IMG/VR virus record: IMGVR_UViG_3300044630_003672
DNA from: a virus
Taxonomy: Duplodnaviria > Heunggongvirae > Uroviricota > Caudoviricetes
Direction: 5' to 3' (one strand)
DNA: 64,000 bases
How positions within the stretch are numbered: position 1 is the stretch's first letter; each line of letters starts with the position of its first letter. Positions 55,913 to 63,978 of the stretch are shown here, piece after piece. Below the pieces are notes generated by a model. That model was not told where the DNA came from and did no database searches. It was given only the letters and a program-made list of their open reading frames with translations. The position numbers and the translations under genes are program-made.

Positions 55913-56147
55913 GTTAAAAGAATGGATTAAAGACGGGATTGATATTCGTAAAACAAACGAGGGGTATGTAGTATTCACAATACCAACACAGCATTTCAAT
56001 ATCAAAGAGTTGGACGAATTAACACCTGAAAGATTCAGTAAGGAAGTTGAAAGGCAAGATAAAGCTAATGAACTTACAATTGAATTATTAGGTGAAGCAT
56101 TTGGTAAAAGAGTTGAAGCCGGATTATTTAAAGATTTATTTGATTAG
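55896..56147 (+). CDS. hypothetical protein
   Basis: 83 aa. Confidence 0.4.
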   Translation: MKKMIELKEWIKDGIDIRKTNEGYVVFTIPTQHFNIKELDELTPERFSKEVERQDKANELTIELLGEAFGKRVEAGLFKDLFD

Positions 56148-56149
56148 TT

Positions 56150-56371
56150 ATGAATTGGGATATATTCGGATACATAGGAACTGTAGTGGTCCTTTATTCG
56201 TTCACAATAGAAAACATTTACCGATTGCGTTTAATAAATTCAATCGGTTCTATGTTTTGGATAGTTTACGGATTGGGTATTATGGCGGGACCTACAATTG
56301 TAGTTAATGCTTGTGTATTAATGATTCACATTTATTGGTTTATAAAACATCGTAAAGAATGGCAAAAATAA
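56150..56371 (+). CDS. small membrane protein
   Basis: Two TM segments. Confidence 0.4.
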   Translation: MNWDIFGYIGTVVVLYSFTIENIYRLRLINSIGSMFWIVYGLGIMAGPTIVVNACVLMIHIYWFIKHRKEWQK

Positions 56372-56586
56372 TTTATTTAGAGGACACAATTGCTTTGATG
56401 GCGAATACCGGAAAAATGAATGTAGTAAAACAAATAGCGAAGTTGGGCGAGTTTACTCAAACAAAAGATGGGTATCGTTATATAGTTTTGGACGAAGATA
56501 AACGAAACGATATCTGTCCAATACATAGTACATTATTGAATGAGGACGGAAGTTGTAACAAATGTTTAGATGATAATAACAAATAA
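56359..56586 (+). CDS. hypothetical protein
   Basis: 75 aa. Confidence 0.4.
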   Translation: MAKIIYLEDTIALMANTGKMNVVKQIAKLGEFTQTKDGYRYIVLDEDKRNDICPIHSTLLNEDGSCNKCLDDNNK

Positions 56587-56587
56587 A

Positions 56588-56932
56588 ATGATATTAAAAA
56601 ATCCTGAAAAGTTATTAAAAACAATTATACCAAGTGCAACCGGTAATTTGATTTGGTGTGTAACAAACGTCAATGTAACGATGGATGACGAAATTACATA
56701 TGTATTTCAATTCCAAACGCAAGTGCCTGTTATAAGTTCACCTAATCAGCAATACTATTCTATGACTCGTGCAAGAATTGAGGAAGCTAAGTTAAGTTTT
56801 TATAGAGTTCAACATGAAAATACATATGAATTGTTTTGTTATGGACAAGTACAACGTGGATATTGTACCGATATAGACACAATGGATAAATTTATTGATG
56901 TATTAAGATATATGCTACCAAACACTTATTAA
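56588..56932 (+). CDS. hypothetical protein
   Basis: Start adjusted to 'MILKNPEKL'. Confidence 0.4.
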   Translation: MILKNPEKLLKTIIPSATGNLIWCVTNVNVTMDDEITYVFQFQTQVPVISSPNQQYYSMTRARIEEAKLSFYRVQHENTYELFCYGQVQRGYCTDIDTMDKFIDVLRYMLPNTY

Positions 56933-56933
56933 G

Positions 56934-57230
56934 ATGCTAACAATAGAAAACGAAAAAAAGTTATTAGGTACTATATTGCATGGTAGCGGAAGTGCCGGTC
57001 CAATGGAATGGGTTGTAACTTCAATAAGACCACATTTGAATCACTATGTAATTTTTATTGAGCAAACTGAAAATGGTTGGGACAAGAAAATAGTTTTGGA
57101 CAGAAGTTTTTCACCGTTTAAACTTGGACACCAATACAAATTAGAATGTGGAAATGAAAAAAAGTATATACACAGAGACGATATGAAAAATATTGATATA
57201 TTCAGTAATCATTTAGAATCATTTATTTAG
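56934..57230 (+). CDS. 'MLTIENI' family paralog 1
   Basis: Starts with the conserved 'ATGCTAACAATAGAAAAC'. N-terminal 'MLTIEN', then W-V-V...Y-I-I...G pattern. Confidence 0.55.
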   Translation: MLTIENEKKLLGTILHGSGSAGPMEWVVTSIRPHLNHYVIFIEQTENGWDKKIVLDRSFSPFKLGHQYKLECGNEKKYIHRDDMKNIDIFSNHLESFI

Positions 57231-57231
57231 T

Positions 57232-57540
57232 ATGCTAACAATAGTAAACATAGAAAAACTTTACAAACAGGATGTAGGTGAATGGAGAATAGGTAAAGTA
57301 GTAACATTGGATAGTGCATACCTAATTGAATTAAGAAAATCCAATGGCCTACGATTGCAAGTTAATTTAGAACGAACCGCAATAGGTAAGAGTGATTCGG
57401 CACTTTATGAATTATGGTTTTGGTCTAATCAATCGGGAAGTGGAATACCAATTAGAAGGATATTAAATAAACCGGATTTGAAGTTAGGCACTGTATATGT
57501 GACTGATTTGATAAAAGATATGTTAGAATCTTTAAAATAA
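57232..57540 (+). CDS. 'MLTIENI' family paralog 2
   Basis: 'MLTIVNIEKLYKQDVGEWRIGKVV...'. Confidence 0.55.
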   Translation: MLTIVNIEKLYKQDVGEWRIGKVVTLDSAYLIELRKSNGLRLQVNLERTAIGKSDSALYELWFWSNQSGSGIPIRRILNKPDLKLGTVYVTDLIKDMLESLK

Positions 57541-57545
57541 AAAAT

Positions 57546-57674
57546 ATGAGTATAGAATTTCAATTTATTTGGGGCTTCTTAATAGGAGCCGGAGTTGGTG
57601 CACTAATTGCATTATTTGTGGCACAACGAATGGTAAAAAGAGTAATTAAAAAAGTATTAAATAGTTTCGGATGA
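57546..57674 (+). CDS. small membrane protein (42 aa)
   Basis: 'MSIEFQFIWGFLIGAGVGALIALFVAQRMVKR'. Not in the track. Confidence 0.3.
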   Translation: MSIEFQFIWGFLIGAGVGALIALFVAQRMVKRVIKKVLNSFG

Positions 57675-57979
57675 GTATAAACATTTCAACGGATAGTAGA
57701 CACCTTACAATGAAGGGTAATGGTAAAGTACAAATCAAAACTTCAATACAAATATACGGAACAGGTACTAAAATGCCTGTAACTGTTGAAGCTGATTTTA
57801 CAAACATCCCGCATCACTTACATCAAATCTATTATCAATCCTTAATAAGTCAATACAATACATCCGTCAATGTATATAACAATACAAAGGATGACGAACC
57901 GAAAACAATAAGAGAAAAAAAGAGTGAATGGCGGTTGAATAGGATTGTGGACATAATTAGTAAAGCAATATCTAAATAA
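57671..57979 (+). CDS. hypothetical protein
   Basis: 102 aa; interrupts the paralog array. Confidence 0.4.
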   Translation: MSINISTDSRHLTMKGNGKVQIKTSIQIYGTGTKMPVTVEADFTNIPHHLHQIYYQSLISQYNTSVNVYNNTKDDEPKTIREKKSEWRLNRIVDIISKAISK

Positions 57980-57988
57980 ATAAATCGT

Positions 57989-58186
57989 ATGAATGTTACA
58001 ATAGACGATATCAAAGGAATAGAGCAAGAATTAGACGTAGAATTAACAAAGGAGCAAAGGGATACGATATTAAAGCAATATCAAAGAGTAGTAATGGACA
58101 ATGCGGATAATTGGAATGTTATTTTAAAAGACCTAATAAACGGAATGAATGTTGACAATAGAAAACATACAAAATATAGACGGTAA
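57989..58186 (+). CDS. hypothetical protein
   Basis: 65 aa. Confidence 0.35.
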   Translation: MNVTIDDIKGIEQELDVELTKEQRDTILKQYQRVVMDNADNWNVILKDLINGMNVDNRKHTKYRR

Positions 58187-58475
58187 GGAATTCCAATTGA
58201 GTAGCGGACGGAAGTTTATAATTGGTATCGCAAGAGCATATTATGACCATTATAGTTTTGGGGTATTTCCTTTGATGGAAAACAATGTGGCAAGTATAAA
58301 CGATGGTATTGTATATAAATTGATGCGAACTATAAGGAATAGTAGGGGATATGAAATGACATCGGCAAAACTAAAACAAAATGTTTATGTAACGCCGGAA
58401 AACCTTACAATGAAAAACTTCATATTAGAGTTACACATACAAACTGGAATGATATATGCTCACAATAGAAAATAG
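58149..58475 (+). CDS. 'MLTIENI' family paralog 3
   Basis: 'MLTIENIQNIDGKEFQLSSGRKFIIGI'. Confidence 0.5.
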   Translation: MLTIENIQNIDGKEFQLSSGRKFIIGIARAYYDHYSFGVFPLMENNVASINDGIVYKLMRTIRNSRGYEMTSAKLKQNVYVTPENLTMKNFILELHIQTGMIYAHNRK

Positions 58476-58779
58476 AGGACGGTTAATAAGTGATTCGTTT
58501 TATGATAAGATGGGTATGTATTGGGTAGTGGACAAAATTATAGATGACACCGATGAATACCTAATCTTAATTGAAAATAGAAAAGGCCCAAAAGAAATAT
58601 TTGCTTTGAATAAACAAAACCTACATGGAATTGGATATGAATTTGGAATATCAGCAGGTGGGCCGGGTATGCAAAGAATGTATAAGATTAAAACATACAT
58701 ACCAATTGAAACTATAAGTGATAAGAGGTTATTGATAAAACGAATGACTGAAATGATTGATACCTCATACGATATATAA
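58456..58779 (+). CDS. 'MLTIENI' family paralog 4
   Basis: 'MLTIENRGRLISDSFYDKMGMYWVVDKIIDDTDEYLILIENRKG'. Confidence 0.55.
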   Translation: MLTIENRGRLISDSFYDKMGMYWVVDKIIDDTDEYLILIENRKGPKEIFALNKQNLHGIGYEFGISAGGPGMQRMYKIKTYIPIETISDKRLLIKRMTEMIDTSYDI

Positions 58780-58789
58780 AAAATAATAT

Positions 58790-59113
58790 ATGCTAAAAAT
58801 AAAAAACATACAAAAGATAGTAGGAAAAAAAATACATACACCACATGCACATTGGGTAGTAATGAGTATAGAGGAACAAAAGCATGATTATATTATTAAA
58901 GTAAGATTTGAGTATGGTACTACATTTGGCGTAAAGCATCCAAAGTATGTAAACTTTAAACTATTAAGATATAATGAATTTAGTAGTACGTTAGGTGAGT
59001 GGAAAATGTATAATGACCAAGATAATGGTTATACAATACTAACAAAAGGTTACTTACAATTGAAAATGTTTGTTGGTATATTGGGTGGTCAATTGCATAG
59101 TTTCAGTAATTAA
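58790..59113 (+). CDS. 'MLTIENI' family paralog 5 (divergent N-terminus, MLKIKNI)
   Basis: 'HWVVMSIEEQKHDYIIKVRFEYG'. Confidence 0.5.
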   Translation: MLKIKNIQKIVGKKIHTPHAHWVVMSIEEQKHDYIIKVRFEYGTTFGVKHPKYVNFKLLRYNEFSSTLGEWKMYNDQDNGYTILTKGYLQLKMFVGILGGQLHSFSN

Positions 59114-59123
59114 AACAAATAAT

Positions 59124-59447
59124 ATGCTAACAATAGAAAATACATATAAGATATTAGATGTACCAATAGTTAAGAATCGTGTTGTAGAATATTATATAAG
59201 AAATACTACTCAATATGAAAGAGCATATCAAATACATTTAAGATGTCCGCGTAAATCAAAATCTGACGAGTTATTAGTTTTACTTAGAACTTCGGACGTA
59301 TTTGGTCCTAATATGGAAACAACCTACGCGATGTATGATAATAGTAATCCTACGAGTAGAATATATTTAAGAACAAAGGATATATCGGACATGAGACAGT
59401 TTGTAAGCTCAATAGAATTTTTAGTAAACAAATATATACTATGCTAA
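59124..59447 (+). CDS. 'MLTIENI' family paralog 6
   Basis: Start set to the internal 'MLTIENTYKILDV' (ATGCTAACAATAGAAAAT). The track's longer start overlaps paralog 5. Confidence 0.5.
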   Translation: MLTIENTYKILDVPIVKNRVVEYYIRNTTQYERAYQIHLRCPRKSKSDELLVLLRTSDVFGPNMETTYAMYDNSNPTSRIYLRTKDISDMRQFVSSIEFLVNKYILC

Positions 59448-59749
59448 CAATACAAAACATAGATAAAATAATAAATGTGGGTTCATCTATTAACATATGG
59501 TATATAAGTGAAGCGATAGAAACAACCGATGTTTATAAGGATGTATATGCATTTGCTGTTTCTGTAAACGGTAAGGTACAAAATGTATTTTATTTGAATA
59601 GAGAGAGCCAATATGTAAGTGGCAGAAACGAACCCGTTTATAGGTTATATAAAGATTTTGACCAAAGTAAAGTAAATAGATGGTTGAGTATGCATCAAAT
59701 AACGCCGTATTTTATAGGAAACTTAATTGATAAAATGTTAAAAGAATAG
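59441..59749 (+). CDS. 'MLTIENI' family paralog 7
   Basis: 'MLTIQNIDKIINVGSSINIWYISEAIE'. Confidence 0.55.
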   Translation: MLTIQNIDKIINVGSSINIWYISEAIETTDVYKDVYAFAVSVNGKVQNVFYLNRESQYVSGRNEPVYRLYKDFDQSKVNRWLSMHQITPYFIGNLIDKMLKE

Positions 59750-59750
59750 T

Positions 59751-60077
59751 ATGCTAACAATAGAAAACATAAACATACTCAATAGTAAGTTTGCCGGTAC
59801 ACCCGAATGGCGGATAGGTGAAATGTTTATAGGTGAACAAAACTATATATTTGTAATCCATAAACGGGTAGGTTATTGGACAATCGGGGGTTTTAGGCGT
59901 GATGAGTTGACTATAAAATTGAATAGAGTAAAAACAATAGGTGGGTATGTAATGGAGACCGGACTAGTAAAACAAAGCTTTCATGGACGTTCGGCATGGG
60001 ATATAGAGTATATGAGGACCATAAGTAGTTTTACTTTTTGCTTGGACACTCATATAAAAAATATAGTAAATCAATAA
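59751..60077 (+). CDS. 'MLTIENI' family paralog 8
   Basis: 'MLTIENINILNSKFAGTPEWRIGEMFIGEQNYIFVIHKRVG'. Confidence 0.55.
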   Translation: MLTIENINILNSKFAGTPEWRIGEMFIGEQNYIFVIHKRVGYWTIGGFRRDELTIKLNRVKTIGGYVMETGLVKQSFHGRSAWDIEYMRTISSFTFCLDTHIKNIVNQ

Positions 60078-60080
60078 AAT

Positions 60081-60236
60081 ATGAATAACGAACTAAAAAC
60101 AAAAGATATATTAGAGGGGATAACCTTTATATTAATGATAGTAGCTACAATAGGTATGTTTTGCCTGTTATATGAAGTAAAGGAATTGAGGGAACTAACA
60201 AAGGGTGCAAGTAATTTCCGAACTATAAGAAAATAA
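60081..60236 (+). CDS. small membrane protein (51 aa)
   Basis: 'MNNELKTKDILEGITFILMIVATIGMFCLLYEV...'. Not in the track. Confidence 0.3.
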   Translation: MNNELKTKDILEGITFILMIVATIGMFCLLYEVKELRELTKGASNFRTIRK

Positions 60237-60435
60237 AATCGGACAATAGTAATACATAGTATAATACATATAGTATATTCAGTACTTGTAGTATATATCG
60301 TATCGGTGAATCGGTGTTCGGGTCGATAGGGAAAATTTTTGATAGTGTCTGCCTTGATTAATAGAGAATGGATTAATAGGAAATAAAAATAAGATTTGAA
60401 TATATATTTATAACAAACAATTAAAAACAAATAGT

Positions 60436-60708
60436 ATGGCAATAGATTTTAGTACAAACACGGATACATGGTGGCAAGAATCATTTGAAAGGTATATCAC
60501 TGGTGGTGGGGGTTTTGGAGTTACTGCTGGTATGGGGTTTGAAGCAATAGAGAAACATTACAAGGCGTGTATACCAGCGGATTTTGTAGATAGGGAATTG
60601 ATAACTACTCCAACCGAATGGGTTATAAGAGGGACACATCCAAGAGTTGGTCCATTTCGTTTAAGTGTTCAAAGAGCTGATAGGAGTTGGGAGTTTGTTT
60701 GGGAATAA
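60436..60708 (+). CDS. hypothetical protein (Gly-rich, locally GC-rich)
   Basis: 90 aa. Confidence 0.4.
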   Translation: MAIDFSTNTDTWWQESFERYITGGGGFGVTAGMGFEAIEKHYKACIPADFVDRELITTPTEWVIRGTHPRVGPFRLSVQRADRSWEFVWE

Positions 60709-61012
60709 GAGCGGACGTAGATAAAAATAATTATAGTACAGATGTTAATAGTAGTAATAGTAATAGGAATGTTAGTAGGGTATGGAATAGGTCAGTATAT
60801 AGTAGACAGATACATAAACGAAAATCATAAGGATATAAACAAAGACTAATAGATAATGGGATTAATAACGTTAATAGTAGTAATACTGATATATAGGGAA
60901 ATAAGGAGACAAAATAAAAACAAATAAGTTATGGGAATAGTAATAGGGTTAATAGGTATAATGACTGTATGGTGTGTAATAGACCTAATAAAACAAATCA
61001 ATAGAATAGAAG

Positions 61013-61204
61013 ATGCCGAGTAATGAAATAAACCTCTTTGATATCCTTGCTCTAATAGGTTTTATAGGGTTCTACATAACCTTAAAGATATTGGTATATA
61101 GTAAGGAATACGGTACAAAAGAAAACAAAAAAGATATCGTAATCCGTAGGGGAACTGAATGGGATTACGAACATAAACCAAATGAAAACAAAAAGAATAA
61201 ATAA
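61013..61204 (+). CDS. small membrane protein
   Basis: N-terminal TM. Confidence 0.35.
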   Translation: MPSNEINLFDILALIGFIGFYITLKILVYSKEYGTKENKKDIVIRRGTEWDYEHKPNENKKNK

Positions 61205-61264
61205 GGGGCGTATTAAAGGTAATGGGTCCGAGCTCCTATTGATAACCGCATTAATTACAATGTT

Positions 61265-61459
61265 ATGGATACTAATCACACACACGGTTTAACACAAAGG
61301 GAACGCCTTGAACTTCAACATAAAATACAACGTCTCCAATGGTTATTAAAAGAATGTATTGGGATTGAGGAATACGAGCTTTGTACCCAAATACGAAACC
61401 TAATCAATAAAAAATACGAGTTACTCGCTACCAATAGTACAACAAACGAAATAGAATAG
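61265..61459 (+). CDS. hypothetical protein
   Basis: 64 aa. Confidence 0.35.
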   Translation: MDTNHTHGLTQRERLELQHKIQRLQWLLKECIGIEEYELCTQIRNLINKKYELLATNSTTNEIE

Positions 61460-61835
61460 GGATACTTAAATGGTCCCTTTTTTGTGTCCGAATATTGATA
61501 GTACGATGGTGAGCAAAAGGGTGTTGGGACTTGCGTTGAAACTTGATAAAACCCTATTTTGATACTACTAAAATTTAATTACGTTTTAAGGGGTAAGTGT
61601 CACAATTTTTAATGAAATGTAATTTGATAGTACAAAGTAATTGAAAACCGATGGGTGTCAATGAAAACACACTTTAACACAAAATCCCACTTTTTACCAC
61701 TTCACAATAAAAACGATGTCAAAATTAGTATATGTCAGTCATAATGTGAGGTATATACGAATTCTTTTCCACGCAAAAAAATTTTTTTATATGAATTTAA
61801 TACACTATACTACTGTAACCCTTACTGGCATTAGA

Positions 61836-61869
61836 TTTGGTGGAATGGATTTTTTTTCGTATATTTGTA
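61836..61869 (+). promoter_or_regulatory. Bacteroidota-type promoter
   Basis: 'GATTTGGTGGAATGGATTTTTTTTCGTATATTTGTAT'. Confidence 0.65.
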
Positions 61870-61905
61870 TATCTAATTAATCTATTTAAAATCTAAAAGA
61901 TATTT

Positions 61906-62262
61906 ATGCGTGTAAGTAATAAAATAGGAATGAAGTTTGATTGTAACCGTTTATGGAATTGGGCTCATGAAAAACTGGGTGAAAGCAGATGTGGAGCAAT
62001 TGCTTTTTACTGGGATACCAAAGAGGATGCCGAATGTGGTTACTACGATTGGGAAAAAACAATTTGGATTAATTTAGCACAATGTAAACGAATGGTGGCG
62101 GTTCAGAAAACAATTCTACACGAATGGACACATGCACAACAGTCATACCGCTGGTACAATCATTATCAAATTAAATACGGGTACAAAAATAACCCATACG
62201 AAATACAAGCAAGGGAAAACGAAAAACTTGTCAAACGTGCATACAGAAAGAAAGGAAAGTAA
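61906..62262 (+). CDS. small HExxH-motif protein, paralog of 34419
   Basis: 'ILHEWTHAQQSYRWYNHYQIKYGYKNNPYEIQAREN'. Confidence 0.5.
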   Translation: MRVSNKIGMKFDCNRLWNWAHEKLGESRCGAIAFYWDTKEDAECGYYDWEKTIWINLAQCKRMVAVQKTILHEWTHAQQSYRWYNHYQIKYGYKNNPYEIQARENEKLVKRAYRKKGK

Positions 62263-62326
62263 AGAAAAAAAGACTCATAAAAATACTCATGTCAAACCAG
62301 GTGAGCAAGTGGCATCAAATCGTGCC

Positions 62327-62602
62327 ATGCATAACGATATGAGGTTAATGGAAAATGGTGAGGGTGAATACGATGCGGTTGTCATAAGAGGTGACAGGTA
62401 TGCATTGATAAGAGGTGAATACATCCCTATTGGTTCAAATTTCCATTATCCGAAAGTCTGGGGTAGGAAATACGCCGCCACTACATTGGTCCAAACGATT
62501 ATGGCGGACAAACGTAAACAAATAGAGGATGCCGAAAGGGAACTTCTAAAACTACAAAGGTGTTTAGATAAAATAAATGAGTGGTCCGATACTGACCTAT
62601 AA
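62327..62602 (+). CDS. hypothetical protein
   Basis: Start set to the first Met after the upstream stop. The track's 62132 start overlaps 61906 out of frame. Confidence 0.35.
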   Translation: MHNDMRLMENGEGEYDAVVIRGDRYALIRGEYIPIGSNFHYPKVWGRKYAATTLVQTIMADKRKQIEDAERELLKLQRCLDKINEWSDTDL

Positions 62603-62885
62603 TGTTATATATGCTTACAGAACTTCAAATGATTCAACGGGCTGTCCAATTAGGTATGGACGAAGAGTTAGTTAGTTATGCCAAACAAATAAAAAGACAA
62701 CTGGAAACCGATGGTGACACGGCAGACTGGTTGGATTGTTTAGAGATGGCATATAACGAATTGATTATCAACTAATTAAAAAGTTATCCACACCTGTTGG
62801 AAATATCAGGTATTTTTCGTAACTTTAGGGAGTGGAGGGCGGGGTACGTCCTTTGAGTGAGACCCCCAATAACGGATATTATGTT

Positions 62886-63066
62886 AAGTCCACAACTCGT
62901 TGATAATCAATGTGTTACGATGGAAAAACCCCTAAATCGCCTATAAATTATATTATGTTAAGTCCGGCTGCCGCAAGTGGTTGATAATCAATGACTTACC
63001 AAGATCCAGCTTTTTACCAAAAAATTCTTGATTGAGTATCAACGAGTTACGCTTTGGGGACCAAAA
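62886..63066 (+). repeat. Intergenic repeat block: tandem 'ATTATGTTAAGTCC...GTTGATAATCAATG(T/A)(G/C)TTAC' units plus the conserved element 'AAAAAATTCTTGATTGAGTATCAACGAGTTACGCTTTGGGG'
   Basis: Two direct copies about 77 bp apart, each containing a TTGAnnnTCAA dyad. Third copy of the 37-bp element. Confidence 0.7.
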
Positions 63067-63132
63067 AAAGTGGATAAAAAGCTTGGATATATTAAAAAAT
63101 AGGTGTAGTTTTGGTATATAAGATTAAGAGAT

Positions 63133-63240
63133 ATGACACACATTACAATTTTAGAGTTCGTCCTTATAAGTGGAGTTTCACTTTTTGGATATGTTTTAGG
63201 TAAAACCGTTTATGAGTACTATTTCAAAACTTCTAAATAA
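63133..63240 (+). CDS. tiny membrane peptide (35 aa)
   Basis: Not in the track; single TM. Confidence 0.25.
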   Translation: MTHITILEFVLISGVSLFGYVLGKTVYEYYFKTSK

Positions 63241-63245
63241 CCCCT

Positions 63246-63362
63246 ATGTTAAAGACAATCCTTTGGTTTGGTATCGTTTTCGTTGCTTTTGTTATTAGAG
63301 AGCCGAACATCGGGTATCCAAAAGTTGTGGATGACCAGAATGGTGTTCACATTAAGTATTAA
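63246..63362 (+). CDS. tiny membrane peptide (38 aa)
   Basis: Not in the track; single TM. Confidence 0.25.
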   Translation: MLKTILWFGIVFVAFVIREPNIGYPKVVDDQNGVHIKY

Positions 63363-63381
63363 AATTTAAACCCCTTATTAT

Positions 63382-63660
63382 ATGATTAGTTCAAAAATGC
63401 GTGCAGAAATTCAAAAAATGAGTTCACTTGACTTGAAGTTGTTGAATTCCTATGTAGTATCCCTATTAAAAGAATCTCGATTAGATAGGGCGTATGAAGT
63501 TAAAAACCAATTAAGAGTTGGTGACAACGTTAAAGTGAATTCACCCAGAGTACAAGGTTCGACTGGTTCAGTAATTGAAATCAATCGTACCCGTTGTAAA
63601 GTCCGATTTGGTATTGGTACATTTAACGTACCTTTGAGTATGGTTGAAATTGTTAAGTAA
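63382..63660 (+). CDS. hypothetical protein
   Basis: Preceded by 'AAACCCCTTATTATATG'. Confidence 0.45.
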   Translation: MISSKMRAEIQKMSSLDLKLLNSYVVSLLKESRLDRAYEVKNQLRVGDNVKVNSPRVQGSTGSVIEINRTRCKVRFGIGTFNVPLSMVEIVK

Positions 63661-63678
63661 TCCGTTAAACCCCTTATT

Positions 63679-63978
63679 ATGAGAAAAATCACAAAAGAAT
63701 CTATTGACAAGTTTTTAAGTAAAGAGACCTTCCGCAAATCTAATATGAGTGTAGAAGAGTCCTATGGTATATATAAGCTCAGATTGCATGGTAATACTAT
63801 TGCAACTATTGACGAGCTAGGAGTATTGAGTATAACAAACGCTGGATGGTCCTCAAACACTACAAAAGAACGTCTGAATGGTATACCCGGCGTACACATC
63901 AAACAAAAGAATTGGAATTGGTACCTGAATGGTGAGGAATGGAATGGTAGTTGGAAGCGTATTGGTATGGTGAAGTAA
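63679..63978 (+). CDS. hypothetical protein
   Basis: Preceded by 'AAACCCCTTATTATG'. Confidence 0.45.
   Translation: MRKITKESIDKFLSKETFRKSNMSVEESYGIYKLRLHGNTIATIDELGVLSITNAGWSSNTTKERLNGIPGVHIKQKNWNWYLNGEEWNGSWKRIGMVK

Noticed and set aside
60071-60442. 123-aa minus-strand ORF, which would be the only large minus-strand gene
   Set aside because: It falls on an AT-rich repeat region, has a low-complexity F/I/Y/K-rich translation and lacks a minus-strand promoter. Every other convincing gene is on the + strand.
4126-63737. Other minus-strand ORFs of 60-170 aa (e.g. 4126-4311, 6157-6429, 7602-7889, 17219-17545, 29177-29422, 36862-37161, 47040-47546, 58500-58850, 63450-63737)
   Set aside because: All lie antisense inside well-supported + strand genes and have low-complexity compositions typical of AT-rich antisense frames.
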